The notes beneath the pieces were generated by a model, which ran no database searches, was not told the DNA's origin, and saw only the letters and a list, made by a program, of their open reading frames with translations. The translations under genes and the position numbers were made by a program. This document shows, piece by piece, positions 21,965 to 31,949 of a stretch of DNA of 64,000 nucleotides (positions are counted from its first letter, which is position 1; each line of letters begins with the position of its first letter). This DNA comes from Candidatus Saccharimonadota bacterium (GTDB taxonomy: Bacteria; Patescibacteriota; Saccharimonadia; CAILAD01; GCA-016700035), in the NCBI GenBank assembly GCA_046350755.1, contig JAXLZV010000002.1, positions 19,379-83,378 of the forward strand. Reading direction: 5' to 3'.

Positions 21965-22072
21965 AATGCTTATGAATATAGTACCTGATGATAGCCAAAA
22001 AAACGACTCCAGAATGACCGCCTCAAGAAAACCTCTCGTGATTGACTTTCTCGTCAGGTTCGGTAGTCTATA

Positions 22073-22786
22073 ATGGACTCTATATTTATGAACACGAACC
22101 ACCCCTCCACCCCGACGCACGTCGGTTTTATACTCGACGGCCATCGCCGCTGGGCCAAAGACCAGGGTAAGCCGCTTGTCGCCGGTCACCGTCAAGGGTA
22201 CAAAAACTTTAAAAAAATCGGGCTCGCCGCACTCGACCGCGGCGTAAGCTACGTCAGCGCCTATGTTTGGTCAAAAGAAAACTGGCAACGTTCAGCCGAA
22301 GAAGTGAACTATATAATGAAGCTCCTCCTCTGGGTGGCTGATCACGAATTGAAAGACATTCATGAGCGGGGTGTACGAATTCGTTTTCTCGGTAACAATG
22401 ATCGACTAGCACCCAAAGTAGTCGAAGCCATTGAGCACGCCGAAGCCACCACCGCCAACAATACCAATGGCACGTTGGCCTTATGCCTCAATTATGGTGG
22501 TCGTGAGGAAATTGTTGATGCGACTCGAGCAATCGTTGAGGCCGGCGTCCCATCCGATAAGATAACTGTCGACACAGTACGCGAACATCTCTATGCCCCC
22601 GACATACCGGACGTTGATTTGCTCATCCGGAGTTCTGGCGAACAACGCATCTCTGGCTTTATGCTCTGGCGCGCCGCCTATGCAGAACTCCTCTTCGTCG
22701 ATAAGATGTGGCCTGACTTCTCGGTGGAAGACCTCGACAATGCGCTGGCCGAATTCGCCAACCGACAGCGTCGCTTCGGCGCCTGA
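22073..22786 (+). CDS. uppS: Undecaprenyl-diphosphate synthase (cis-isoprenyl transferase)
   Basis: 'HVGFILDGHRRWAK', 'RFLGNNDRL' and 'LNYGGREEIV' match UppS family motifs (HVAIIMDGNGRWA / NYGGR). The length is 237 aa. Confidence 0.9.
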   Translation: MDSIFMNTNHPSTPTHVGFILDGHRRWAKDQGKPLVAGHRQGYKNFKKIGLAALDRGVSYVSAYVWSKENWQRSAEEVNYIMKLLLWVADHELKDIHERGVRIRFLGNNDRLAPKVVEAIEHAEATTANNTNGTLALCLNYGGREEIVDATRAIVEAGVPSDKITVDTVREHLYAPDIPDVDLLIRSSGEQRISGFMLWRAAYAELLFVDKMWPDFSVEDLDNALAEFANRQRRFGA

Positions 22787-22884
22787 GGTACACAACTAGC
22801 TGCATAAATACTGCCGCAGATAGCCACATCGAAATGCTTATGCTAAACTCTGTGTAATCAACAATTTATACACAGCTATAAGCT

Positions 22885-24852
22885 ATGAAAAAACCCCCTT
22901 CCAAACAAACCCAAAAAAGAAAATCGGTCGCAAAAAAGGCTAGTCCTCCCAGGCTCCAGAGTCTACCGTCTTTTTTACGTAGCCCAGTTGGCATTATCTT
23001 AATCCTGGCACTAGTCATGATTGGCATACTGCTTATAGCCCTCTCGCGCGCCGCAACTTCACCGACGATATTAACGCCTCAGACCGCCTCGAGCCCAAGC
23101 TGCGGAGCACGCGTTACAAATTATTCCTACCGAGTTCCCTTCGGTAATGCGCCGTGGAACGTGCCAGCCTGCAACATGCCAAAATTCAGCCAGTCGGCTG
23201 ACTATGTATCACGACTCTACAATTATGGTAACCAAAATGATGGCTCTGCCGCCGGTCTGACTTCAAGGGGCAAATTTCAAATCGGCTTTGGATTGGGAGA
23301 ACTCAAAACCGTCTTCTCGCGAGCTATCTACACAGCTGATGAAGCGGCTGGGAAAACCATCCAGGTGCGCGTCTGCGGAAACCCCAATTGTGTCCCATCC
23401 AATCTCGATGGAGAGCTGAAATACGGTGATCCGAAGGGCTATCTGCCAGACATGCGTATCCCCTGGGATCCCAACTGGCCAGTCGCCGAGGCCGGTGATA
23501 ATGAGGTCGTCATCCTGAACCCAACCAACGGACAGCTCATCGCACTCGCCCAAGTCAAGAAATCGACCGGAAACGCCCTGGGCGATATCCTCAGTGGCGC
23601 CACCGGCCAATGTGGCATCCTCTATCCCGAACGTTTGTGTGTTGCAAGCGCTAAAATCCTGCGTGATCAGAACGGCAATATCGCCAACTACTTTACGTAT
23701 GAAGGCTCGAGTGGTGATCGCGGTGGTGGCATATCCTACTATGCTGGGATTATCACCCCTCAAGAAGTTGCAGCCGGCGAGATCCGCCACGCGATTGCGA
23801 TGGGTATCTTTAATGCCGCTTTTGGCCCTGAGTGCACAAAAGCCCAACTCGATACCAATAATTGGAGTGTTATTGGAAAAACCTGTGGTACCGCCCTAGG
23901 GCCAGCTGCAAAATTTGAGTGGGCTGGTGCGCGTAAAGCCTCCGAACGTGGTGCTTCCGAAAACGCTCAAGCCCTTGATCCGATATATACTCTCGATAAA
24001 ACTATCCCCGAAGGCATGCGCTTTGTCCTCAATATCTCTGACGCTGAGATGGAAAACTTTATCAGCTCCAAAGGCTATACCGGCGCCAAGGCCAACACGA
24101 CGCGCATCATAATCCGAGCTCTGCGTGACTATGGCATCATCCCACTCGACACCGGTGGTACCGTCAATCTACAGACTGCTGGTGGCGTGAGCCCACGTAA
24201 TCGTGAGCTTTGGAAGCAGCTTGGCATCACCTCGACCGAGGACGATAAGCTTCTCTACGGCCTCTTCAACGAAACCAACCTGTATGTCGTAGAGCCGCCA
24301 ACCAACAATTGTGTCGATGGCCGCAAAACAAAATTCTACTGTGCCTATACTTCCAGTAACTACTTCAGCGCAACCAGCTCCACTTCAACTATCTTGCCAC
24401 CGACAACAACCAACCCCCCAACCACAACGGCCACAGCAACCGCCAACCCAACCGTCACCGCCGCAGCGCCAGGCTCAAAAACGAGTCCTCAACCTGGCAC
24501 CAGCACGCCACCGCCAACTACCACCGGCCCAACCGCCCCCATTTTCATCGAACCAATTCTTGGTACCCTCCAGTGGAATGTCAGCTCATTCGAGTTTGGT
24601 ATGGGAGCCAGCTTCGAATGGAAGGCCAGCGCAAGTACGGCTGGGATTAAACAGTACACCATCTTGAAAGACGGCCAAAAAATCTACGAGGGTCAAGCCA
24701 CAAAGTTTATCGACTTCCGAGTTGTTGACGGGAAGAGTTACCAATATCAAATATATGCGGTTGACTTGGCTGGTAAACAATCAGCTGTCACAACCCTTCA
24801 GAAAACCTACAGATGTGTCGCCTTTGGCTTCATCGATTGTAAGTTTCAATAG
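22885..24852 (+). CDS. Secreted protein (Lys-rich N-terminus plus a transmembrane helix; central domain related to the 20453..21964 product; Thr/Pro linker; C-terminal FN3-like domain ending in the variant tag 'YRCVAFGFIDCKFQ')
   Basis: Translation features were read directly. It is the only plus-strand member of the paralog family, arranged divergently with uppS in between. Confidence 0.5.
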   Translation: MKKPPSKQTQKRKSVAKKASPPRLQSLPSFLRSPVGIILILALVMIGILLIALSRAATSPTILTPQTASSPSCGARVTNYSYRVPFGNAPWNVPACNMPKFSQSADYVSRLYNYGNQNDGSAAGLTSRGKFQIGFGLGELKTVFSRAIYTADEAAGKTIQVRVCGNPNCVPSNLDGELKYGDPKGYLPDMRIPWDPNWPVAEAGDNEVVILNPTNGQLIALAQVKKSTGNALGDILSGATGQCGILYPERLCVASAKILRDQNGNIANYFTYEGSSGDRGGGISYYAGIITPQEVAAGEIRHAIAMGIFNAAFGPECTKAQLDTNNWSVIGKTCGTALGPAAKFEWAGARKASERGASENAQALDPIYTLDKTIPEGMRFVLNISDAEMENFISSKGYTGAKANTTRIIIRALRDYGIIPLDTGGTVNLQTAGGVSPRNRELWKQLGITSTEDDKLLYGLFNETNLYVVEPPTNNCVDGRKTKFYCAYTSSNYFSATSSTSTILPPTTTNPPTTTATATANPTVTAAAPGSKTSPQPGTSTPPPTTTGPTAPIFIEPILGTLQWNVSSFEFGMGASFEWKASASTAGIKQYTILKDGQKIYEGQATKFIDFRVVDGKSYQYQIYAVDLAGKQSAVTTLQKTYRCVAFGFIDCKFQ

Positions 24853-24881
24853 AATTGCCGCTCGCGAATGCCGAGCTGAAA

Positions 24882-25586
24882 TCAGGTCAGTAGCCAGCTT
24901 TTGAGATCTTGCCAAGCCTGTGTGGCAGCTGGCTGGCTGTAACGGTCGGCCCGATCAGCGTTAAAAAATGCGTGACCTGCATCATACTCCTTCATGAGAG
25001 TCGGAATCCCTGCTGCCGTCAGCTTGCTATTGATTGCCTGCCGATCAGTAGCTGGAATGCTGTCATCGTGCGTACCGAACAGCCCCATAACCCGCAGATG
25101 AGTCGTATTGCGACGATTATTCGCCAAACTCTCAATCGCCGAATAACCTTCGTAAAAATTAGGTTCGTTCGAACCGGCACCATAAAATGACACAATACGG
25201 GTAACCGCATGATTGACGCCACTTAAGTAGGCCAGGCGACCGCCGAAGCAAAAGCCAATTACCGCTAGATGCTTCAGTTGCGGCTGTCGTTCATGGATTG
25301 TATCGATTGCTTGATTCAGCAACTCGATAAATTTCTCGCCGGTCATCTGGCGCATCAACTCAACACCACGCTCGGCACCGGTTTGATAGTCAAAGTCATT
25401 CGCGGTACCGGTTAAGGCATAAAAATAATCCAGGGCATAGCCAGTCATAAATAACTCACTGCCGCAACGATCGGCCAACTGCTTAGCAAACGGCTTAAGG
25501 CCGTAGATCTCCGGTAATACCAGCACTGCCTGATCGATACTTGCAATACTGTCGCTAGCATAGAGATATTCAGTAATTTGACTCAT
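24882..25586 (-). CDS. Dienelactone-hydrolase-family alpha/beta hydrolase
   Basis: The 'VIGFCFGGRLA' nucleophile-elbow context and a C-terminal 'HAF' are typical of the dienelactone hydrolase (DLH) family. The start is moved to the ATG at 25586 (MSQITEY...), which has an AGGGAG Shine-Dalgarno sequence upstream. The ORF-track GTG at 25649 overlaps the upstream gene. Confidence 0.5.
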   Translation of the reverse strand: MSQITEYLYASDSIASIDQAVLVLPEIYGLKPFAKQLADRCGSELFMTGYALDYFYALTGTANDFDYQTGAERGVELMRQMTGEKFIELLNQAIDTIHERQPQLKHLAVIGFCFGGRLAYLSGVNHAVTRIVSFYGAGSNEPNFYEGYSAIESLANNRRNTTHLRVMGLFGTHDDSIPATDRQAINSKLTAAGIPTLMKEYDAGHAFFNADRADRYSQPAATQAWQDLKSWLLT

Positions 25587-25602
25587 ATCTTTAGTATACT
25601 CC

Positions 25603-26916
25603 CTAACGCAAGCTGAAGTCTTCAAAATGAATATGCTTGTCGGGTACACCCTTTGACAGGAGACCTTCGTGCAAAGCCTTCATCATCGGCGGCGGTCCGC
25701 AGATAAAAAACTCGGTCTTCTGGAGGCTGCGCCCTTTCGTCAGTACATCAGCGTTCATAAAGCCTTGTTTATCCTGGCAGAAGAGATGCGCCTGAAAACT
25801 TGGGTTCTTTTTGGCTAGCACCTGGAGTTCTTTATCGAAATGCGCCTCGTTGGCCTTCACGACACAATAATAAAAATCGACATGATATTTACGCCGTGGC
25901 AAACTCTGAGCCATCGCCAGAAACGGAGTCACGCCAATGCCACCGGCCACCCAAACCTGATTGCGGCCGCGCACAAACCGAAAACTAAAAGCACCATGCG
26001 GCCCCTCGATAAGAGCTGTCGTACCGGGTGTGACCTCATGTAAACGGGCAGTATAGTCCCCAAGAGCCTTCACGACAAACCGCAATTGCCGACCGATCGG
26101 ACTAGCCGCCATCGAATAAGGGTGAGCTTCGGCACCCATGGGGTGGCCTACTAAACTTACATAGGCAAATTGCCCTGGCGTAAAACGCAACAGTCGACCA
26201 GCTGGCTCGAGGATCAGCTCAGTGGTCCCACCCCCGATATCTCGAATCCGCGCCACTGTATAACGATAGCGTCGTGGCACGATCGCCCCCAGAACAGAGT
26301 GATAGACATAGGCGACGACAGCCAGCGTGCAGACGATAAACATATACACCCAGAGCGGCCAAAACTTGACCATATTGCCTTTCGCCAGAAAAGCATGCAG
26401 GAATCCGAGCAGAAAAACGCCGCCTAAAATACGATGCAGCCAAACAAACATGCCATATTTGACACGGAGAAAGATGCTGACTGGTAAGAGTAAGGCGATA
26501 GCATAGAGCGAGAGAATGCCAAAATTAATCTGCCAATTGGACCCGAGCATCCACATGACAGTCGCTGGCCGATTCGCCGCAAGCGCTCGCCACGATAGAA
26601 AAAACGGATGCAGAGCCAAGAGCAAGAATGCTACCCCACCCGTAATGTGGTGCCACTTGTAGGCTTTATCCAGACCGCCGAACCACTTATCGAGGAAGAG
26701 AAAACGAGCCGACAAAAACACAGACCAAGCATAGAGTACGGTGCCCGAAAAGGCCGCTACATTCGCAAAGCTCTTCAAGATGGCCGATGTACTTGCGTAG
26801 CGCGATTCTACAGGAGCCGCTAGCACCCAGAGTAATAACACAATGCCAACGCTCGCATAAATCAGCGGCACGCCAATAGCGTGACGGATGACGGGCGGAT
26901 CTTCTTTCAATTGCAT
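25603..26916 (-). CDS. Ferric-reductase-like membrane oxidoreductase (N-terminal multi-helix heme-binding transmembrane domain fused to an FNR-type FAD/NAD(P)-binding domain)
   Basis: The product has ~6 N-terminal transmembrane helices with conserved His, then 'HPYSMAASP' (FAD RxYS-type) and 'GGIGVTPFLAM' (NAD-binding GGxGxxP). Confidence 0.65.
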   Translation of the reverse strand: MQLKEDPPVIRHAIGVPLIYASVGIVLLLWVLAAPVESRYASTSAILKSFANVAAFSGTVLYAWSVFLSARFLFLDKWFGGLDKAYKWHHITGGVAFLLLALHPFFLSWRALAANRPATVMWMLGSNWQINFGILSLYAIALLLPVSIFLRVKYGMFVWLHRILGGVFLLGFLHAFLAKGNMVKFWPLWVYMFIVCTLAVVAYVYHSVLGAIVPRRYRYTVARIRDIGGGTTELILEPAGRLLRFTPGQFAYVSLVGHPMGAEAHPYSMAASPIGRQLRFVVKALGDYTARLHEVTPGTTALIEGPHGAFSFRFVRGRNQVWVAGGIGVTPFLAMAQSLPRRKYHVDFYYCVVKANEAHFDKELQVLAKKNPSFQAHLFCQDKQGFMNADVLTKGRSLQKTEFFICGPPPMMKALHEGLLSKGVPDKHIHFEDFSLR

Positions 26917-26965
26917 ATCTCACCTATTGTAGCAAAAGCATAAGCGCTCGGGCGAATAGCTACCA

Positions 26966-28039
26966 CTATGGCTGCGTGACGGGAGCTGTAGATGCCGGCG
27001 TGGTCGATTGAACTGATGGCGTGACACCAGTGATATCAGCGCATTGCTGTATATTGGCAGCCGCGTAGGTGGCATCATTGCGGCAGCGATTTTCAATCGA
27101 GTATCTGGTAGCAAACAGCGCGGCGGCGGCACCGAGCCCGAGCACACCGAGCACGATGCCGGCAATCGCCATCCCCCGACGTGGCGTCTTCATAGCCAGC
27201 ACTCCCATGACAATTGCCGCAATCGCAATTGGCGCAACATAAATAATGAACTGCAATTTATCTTGTAGCATGACTCCGACGATCACCGACAGGACCCCTA
27301 AGCCCATCGAGGCTAACGCAAAGCTACCCTTTTTTTTCTTACCCTCAACAGCTGAATTAGCCGGATCCGGAGTAGTCGCCACCGCGCCGACGGGCGGCAC
27401 TGATGCTTGAGCGGGTACAGCCGCAGGCGGAGCTTGGTGATTTGTTGACGTCGCGGCTGGAGTCGACGGCGGGGTTACTGGTGGCGGCTGAATCGCCGGG
27501 GCGGGCTGCTGAACGACAGGTGCCGGGCTCACTGGAGGAGTTGCTGGAGCTGGGGTTACCATCGGCTGGACTGGCGCCGCGGGGGTCGTTGGTGCCGAAG
27601 TTGGCACTCCTGGCGACGTAGGAAGCGGCTGCGCGCTAGCTGGCTGACTGTCAGTGACTGTAGGCGGGGTTACTGGAGCTGGAGCTGGAGCTGGAGCTGG
27701 AGCTGGAGCTGGAGCTGGAGCTGGAGCTGGAGCTGGAGCTGGAGCTGGAGCTGGAGCTGGAGCTGGAGCTGGAGCTGGAGCTGGAGCTGGAGCTGGAGCT
27801 GGAGCTGGAGCTGGAGCTGGAGCTGGAGCTGGAGCTGGAGCTGGAGCTGGAGCTGGAGCTGACTGAGTATAACCCGTCACAAGCTGGGCTGGCACTGGCG
27901 GAGCAGCTTGACTACCCGACTCGGGCACTGGAGCTACCTCAGGCGCCGGTGAGTTTGTGGGCGCGACCGGCGCTGGCTCGGGGTGCGTCACGGTACCTGG
28001 CGTTATTGGGGTTGGTGAGGCTGGTAAGTTTGGGTCCAT
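26966..28039 (-). CDS. DUF4190-like membrane protein: a long Pro/Ala/Thr-rich N-terminal region containing a perfect (AP)n run, followed by a Gly/Ala-rich transmembrane hairpin
   Basis: (AP)x31 is encoded by the hexamer repeat. The C-terminal 'MAIAGIVLGVLGLGAAAALF' is typical of the DUF4190 family. Confidence 0.5.
   Translation of the reverse strand: MDPNLPASPTPITPGTVTHPEPAPVAPTNSPAPEVAPVPESGSQAAPPVPAQLVTGYTQSAPAPAPAPAPAPAPAPAPAPAPAPAPAPAPAPAPAPAPAPAPAPAPAPAPAPAPAPAPAPAPVTPPTVTDSQPASAQPLPTSPGVPTSAPTTPAAPVQPMVTPAPATPPVSPAPVVQQPAPAIQPPPVTPPSTPAATSTNHQAPPAAVPAQASVPPVGAVATTPDPANSAVEGKKKKGSFALASMGLGVLSVIVGVMLQDKLQFIIYVAPIAIAAIVMGVLAMKTPRRGMAIAGIVLGVLGLGAAAALFATRYSIENRCRNDATYAAANIQQCADITGVTPSVQSTTPASTAPVTQP
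27675..27860. repeat. Perfect hexanucleotide microsatellite (GGAGCT)x31, in frame within the 26966..28039 gene (it encodes Ala-Pro dipeptide repeats on the minus strand)
   Basis: Direct read of the sequence: 186 nt of uninterrupted GGAGCT units. Confidence 0.95.
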
Positions 28040-28057
28040 AAATAGTTATGCTTCCCT

Positions 28058-28759
28058 CTATTGTGACCGAGTTCCTCGAGCTTGTCTATCGAGTTGCTGG
28101 GCACGCCGCAAAGTCCAGGCCAGCCAACCAGTCATAGCCAGCGGGATAATCCCAGCTACCCACCTCAAGCCAGCGTATTGTAGTTGCAGTACAAGCAAGA
28201 AATTATACGAAGCATGGATAAAAATCATAAAGCCCAGTACCGCAACGACAGTCAGCCAACTCTGATCTCGTCGGGCTTTCGCGAAAAAATAGCCGAATAC
28301 CCCTGCCGTGGCGGCATGAAAAAACAACAAACTTACCAATCTCGACACCCCGACGGCGGGACCAAAGCGCATTGCATAATCGATATTCTCATACACGCCA
28401 AAGGCTAACCCTGAAAAGGCAAAGAAAATAACTCCATCGGCAATATCTCGAAAAAACGACTGGACCGTAATAAAAATCATCAGTGGGATAATCTTTGCCA
28501 GCTCTTCAACGGTCGCCGGAACCAGCCCAACCTGTACAGCACTCGTCAGGAGTGGAGCGGCGTATATATCATTTGGCAATACAGCGCTATTAATAACACC
28601 AGCCAGAGTTGCTGCTCCGACCCCAATCAACATACAAATAATCGACGCCCAGAGAGGTTCTCGATGCCGACGAGCCCCATCTAACAAATACAAACCGAAA
28701 GCCGCACTCGCCGCGACAATAAATCCAACACTCGTCAGCATCAGTAGCATAACTCTCAT
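28058..28759 (-). CDS. PrsW-family intramembrane protease-like protein
   Basis: Polytopic membrane protein with the PrsW motifs EExxK ('VEELAKI'), FxxxE ('FGVYENIDY') and a conserved His ('FFHAATAGVFGY'). The start is set to the ATG at 28759; the ORF-track TTG is at 28819. Confidence 0.5.
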   Translation of the reverse strand: MRVMLLMLTSVGFIVAASAAFGLYLLDGARRHREPLWASIICMLIGVGAATLAGVINSAVLPNDIYAAPLLTSAVQVGLVPATVEELAKIIPLMIFITVQSFFRDIADGVIFFAFSGLAFGVYENIDYAMRFGPAVGVSRLVSLLFFHAATAGVFGYFFAKARRDQSWLTVVAVLGFMIFIHASYNFLLVLQLQYAGLRWVAGIIPLAMTGWLAWTLRRAQQLDRQARGTRSQ

Positions 28760-28852
28760 GCTAGAAGCTTTGCTGCCCGAACGCAAATCACTTGTCAGAT
28801 AACCTGAAAAAAGGTACAATATGCCAGTTCTACATCTCGGATGAATAAACCC

Positions 28853-28929
28853 GGGGCATTAGCTCAGCTGGCTAGAGCACCTGCTTTGCAAGCAGGGGGT
28901 CATCGGTTCGAATCCGATATGCTCCACCA
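28853..28929 (+). tRNA. tRNA-Ala (anticodon UGC), CCA encoded
   Basis: The cloverleaf was read by eye. The acceptor stem GGGGCAT/ATGCTCC includes the G3:U70 alanine identity pair. The anticodon loop is cTTTGCAag. The T-arm is GGTTCGAATCC. Confidence 0.9.
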
Positions 28930-28950
28930 TTCACATTATCTCTCAACTGT

Positions 28951-29027
28951 GGGCTTGTAGCTCAGCTGGTTAGAGCGCGTCACTGATAATGACGAGGTCG
29001 CAGGTTCGAGTCCTGCCAAGCCCACCA
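28951..29027 (+). tRNA. tRNA-Ile (anticodon GAU), CCA encoded
   Basis: Acceptor stem GGGCTTG/CAAGCCC; anticodon loop cTGATAAt; T-arm GGTTCGAGTCC. Confidence 0.9.
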
Positions 29028-29097
29028 GTTGAAAGATAATGTCTGATTCTCGGGATCCGAAAAGCTATCATCATTCGACTTTTGCTATACTAGTCTT

Positions 29098-29358
29098 ATG
29101 TTTAACTTCCTGCTTGGCGCGGCATTACTCGCTCTTGGCATCGTCATCGTCAGATTCGCACAGAATATTTATAACTTTACCGGCGCAATGGATTTTGTCG
29201 AACGCTGGATTCGGGCCGGTACACCAGCTTTCATCCGAATCGTCGGTGTAGTACTCGTAATCTTTGGCCTCGGCATGATGGTCGGCCTCTGGGGCTGGCT
29301 GACGCAGCCAATCGCTGACGGCGTCAAAAGCCTCGGCGGTGGCGGCCTCTCTCGATGA
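29098..29358 (+). CDS. Small hypothetical membrane protein (2 transmembrane helices)
   Basis: ORF with two hydrophobic helices. No recognisable motifs. Confidence 0.3.
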   Translation: MFNFLLGAALLALGIVIVRFAQNIYNFTGAMDFVERWIRAGTPAFIRIVGVVLVIFGLGMMVGLWGWLTQPIADGVKSLGGGGLSR

Positions 29359-29881
29359 AAAAAGCCTTATAGCCTTATACTGGACAGCATTTGTACTCGA
29401 GATCATAACACTCATTCCCTGGACAATCTTAGCTTGGTCAGGTGGCACAACGGCCTTTGAGCTAATGTTTACCACGAACCTTACGACTTTTAATTACGAC
29501 GCGACTAATTTCGCTATTCACTTACTCATGATCTTTCCGCTCATTCTGACGGTCACAATATTCATCCTACATATCCAAAGCTATCTACAGCTCAAAAAGC
29601 AGGGTTTTGTGAGTCTAGCAATCATACGCTGGCAATCTGTCGTCGGCGTGGCGATTGCGATCGCACTGAGCTTTGTAGTGTTTACACTCGTCAATATCGG
29701 CGAATGTTTTGACGCCTGTTTTCATCCCGCTAATTTCTGGCTAACCACTGCTCTACCAATAGCACTTGTGACACTGTCATCTCTCTCGGCCTCGTATCAT
29801 TACCATACCTCCTCAACCGTAAACTCATCCCCAATACAAAAACCACCCGGTAAATACCAGGTGGTTTTGCTGAACAAGTGA
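29339..29881 (+). CDS. Hypothetical polytopic membrane protein
   Basis: 180 aa with 4-5 hydrophobic helices. It overlaps the upstream ORF by 20 nt. Confidence 0.35.
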   Translation: MAASLDEKSLIALYWTAFVLEIITLIPWTILAWSGGTTAFELMFTTNLTTFNYDATNFAIHLLMIFPLILTVTIFILHIQSYLQLKKQGFVSLAIIRWQSVVGVAIAIALSFVVFTLVNIGECFDACFHPANFWLTTALPIALVTLSSLSASYHYHTSSTVNSSPIQKPPGKYQVVLLNK

Positions 29882-30108
29882 AATGTGCCAGTTTTAGACG
29901 TTCGTAATTTTCCAACCTACGTCATGCAGGTATTCACTTACTGATAAATCAGCAGAGGTGAATATCGACCTGGGAATCGCCATGGGTGCGAGATCCTGTT
30001 AGTGATGAGCACATCTTGGACTAGCCAAGCAGCTCTAAATCACGTCTGCGCACTCACCATGCCGGCACTTAAGAGCACCGGTACTATTGCTAGCAAGCAT
30101 TCTCCCTA

Positions 30109-31636
<1,528 letters not shown>

Positions 31637-31949
31637 AACTGACTCTTCAAGAGAGTTCAGTGCTCGCTTCTCTTCAAGCACATCTATCCGCGCGAGCGGG
31701 CGTTAGATATGCGGTTGATCCTGCATAAACGTACAAACGTTGTTTAATTACTTAGTCAAAACTGACACATTTCACTTGTCAAAGTTCGTAGCTCGAGCGG
31801 CTTCATAACTTCAGAAAAAAACAACGGCTCTGTTTTCGGATCTAGACCCGAAAGAACCATGTTTTTCGTTTCTTATAGCACACGTATTGAGCTACCAAAG
31901 GGCATTCTACCTTATCTGGAACTACCCTGTCAAGAAAGTTCTCGAGATT

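Noticed and set aside
21964-22195. 5' extension of the 20453 gene to 22195 (MTVTGDKRLTLVFGPAAMAVEYK...) overlapping uppS
   Set aside because: The extension is on the opposite strand to the uppS start and would overlap it by 120 nt. The internal ATG at 21964 gives the family-typical Lys-rich N-terminus plus transmembrane helix. The extension has no such features.
24311-24667. Plus-strand ORF 24311..24667 (Pro/Gln-rich) and other internal ORFs (23263..23847 -, 23594..23899 +, 23915..24112 +)
   Set aside because: They are nested inside the 22885..24852 CDS in other frames or on the other strand and have low-complexity composition. They are by-products of the Thr/Pro-rich linker coding region.
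27654-27866. Plus-strand ORF encoding (GA)n 'MTVGGVTGAGAGAGAG...'
   Set aside because: It is the antisense reading of the (GGAGCT)31 repeat that encodes (AP)n in the minus-strand DUF4190-like gene, so it is not a separate gene. A CRISPR interpretation was also rejected, because the units are 6 nt with no spacers.
29882-30108. Searched for a 23S rRNA or ITS tRNAs directly downstream of the 16S
   Set aside because: There are only ~225 nt of unstructured sequence followed by a convergent protein gene. No rRNA-like conservation is present, which confirms that the 16S is genuinely unlinked.
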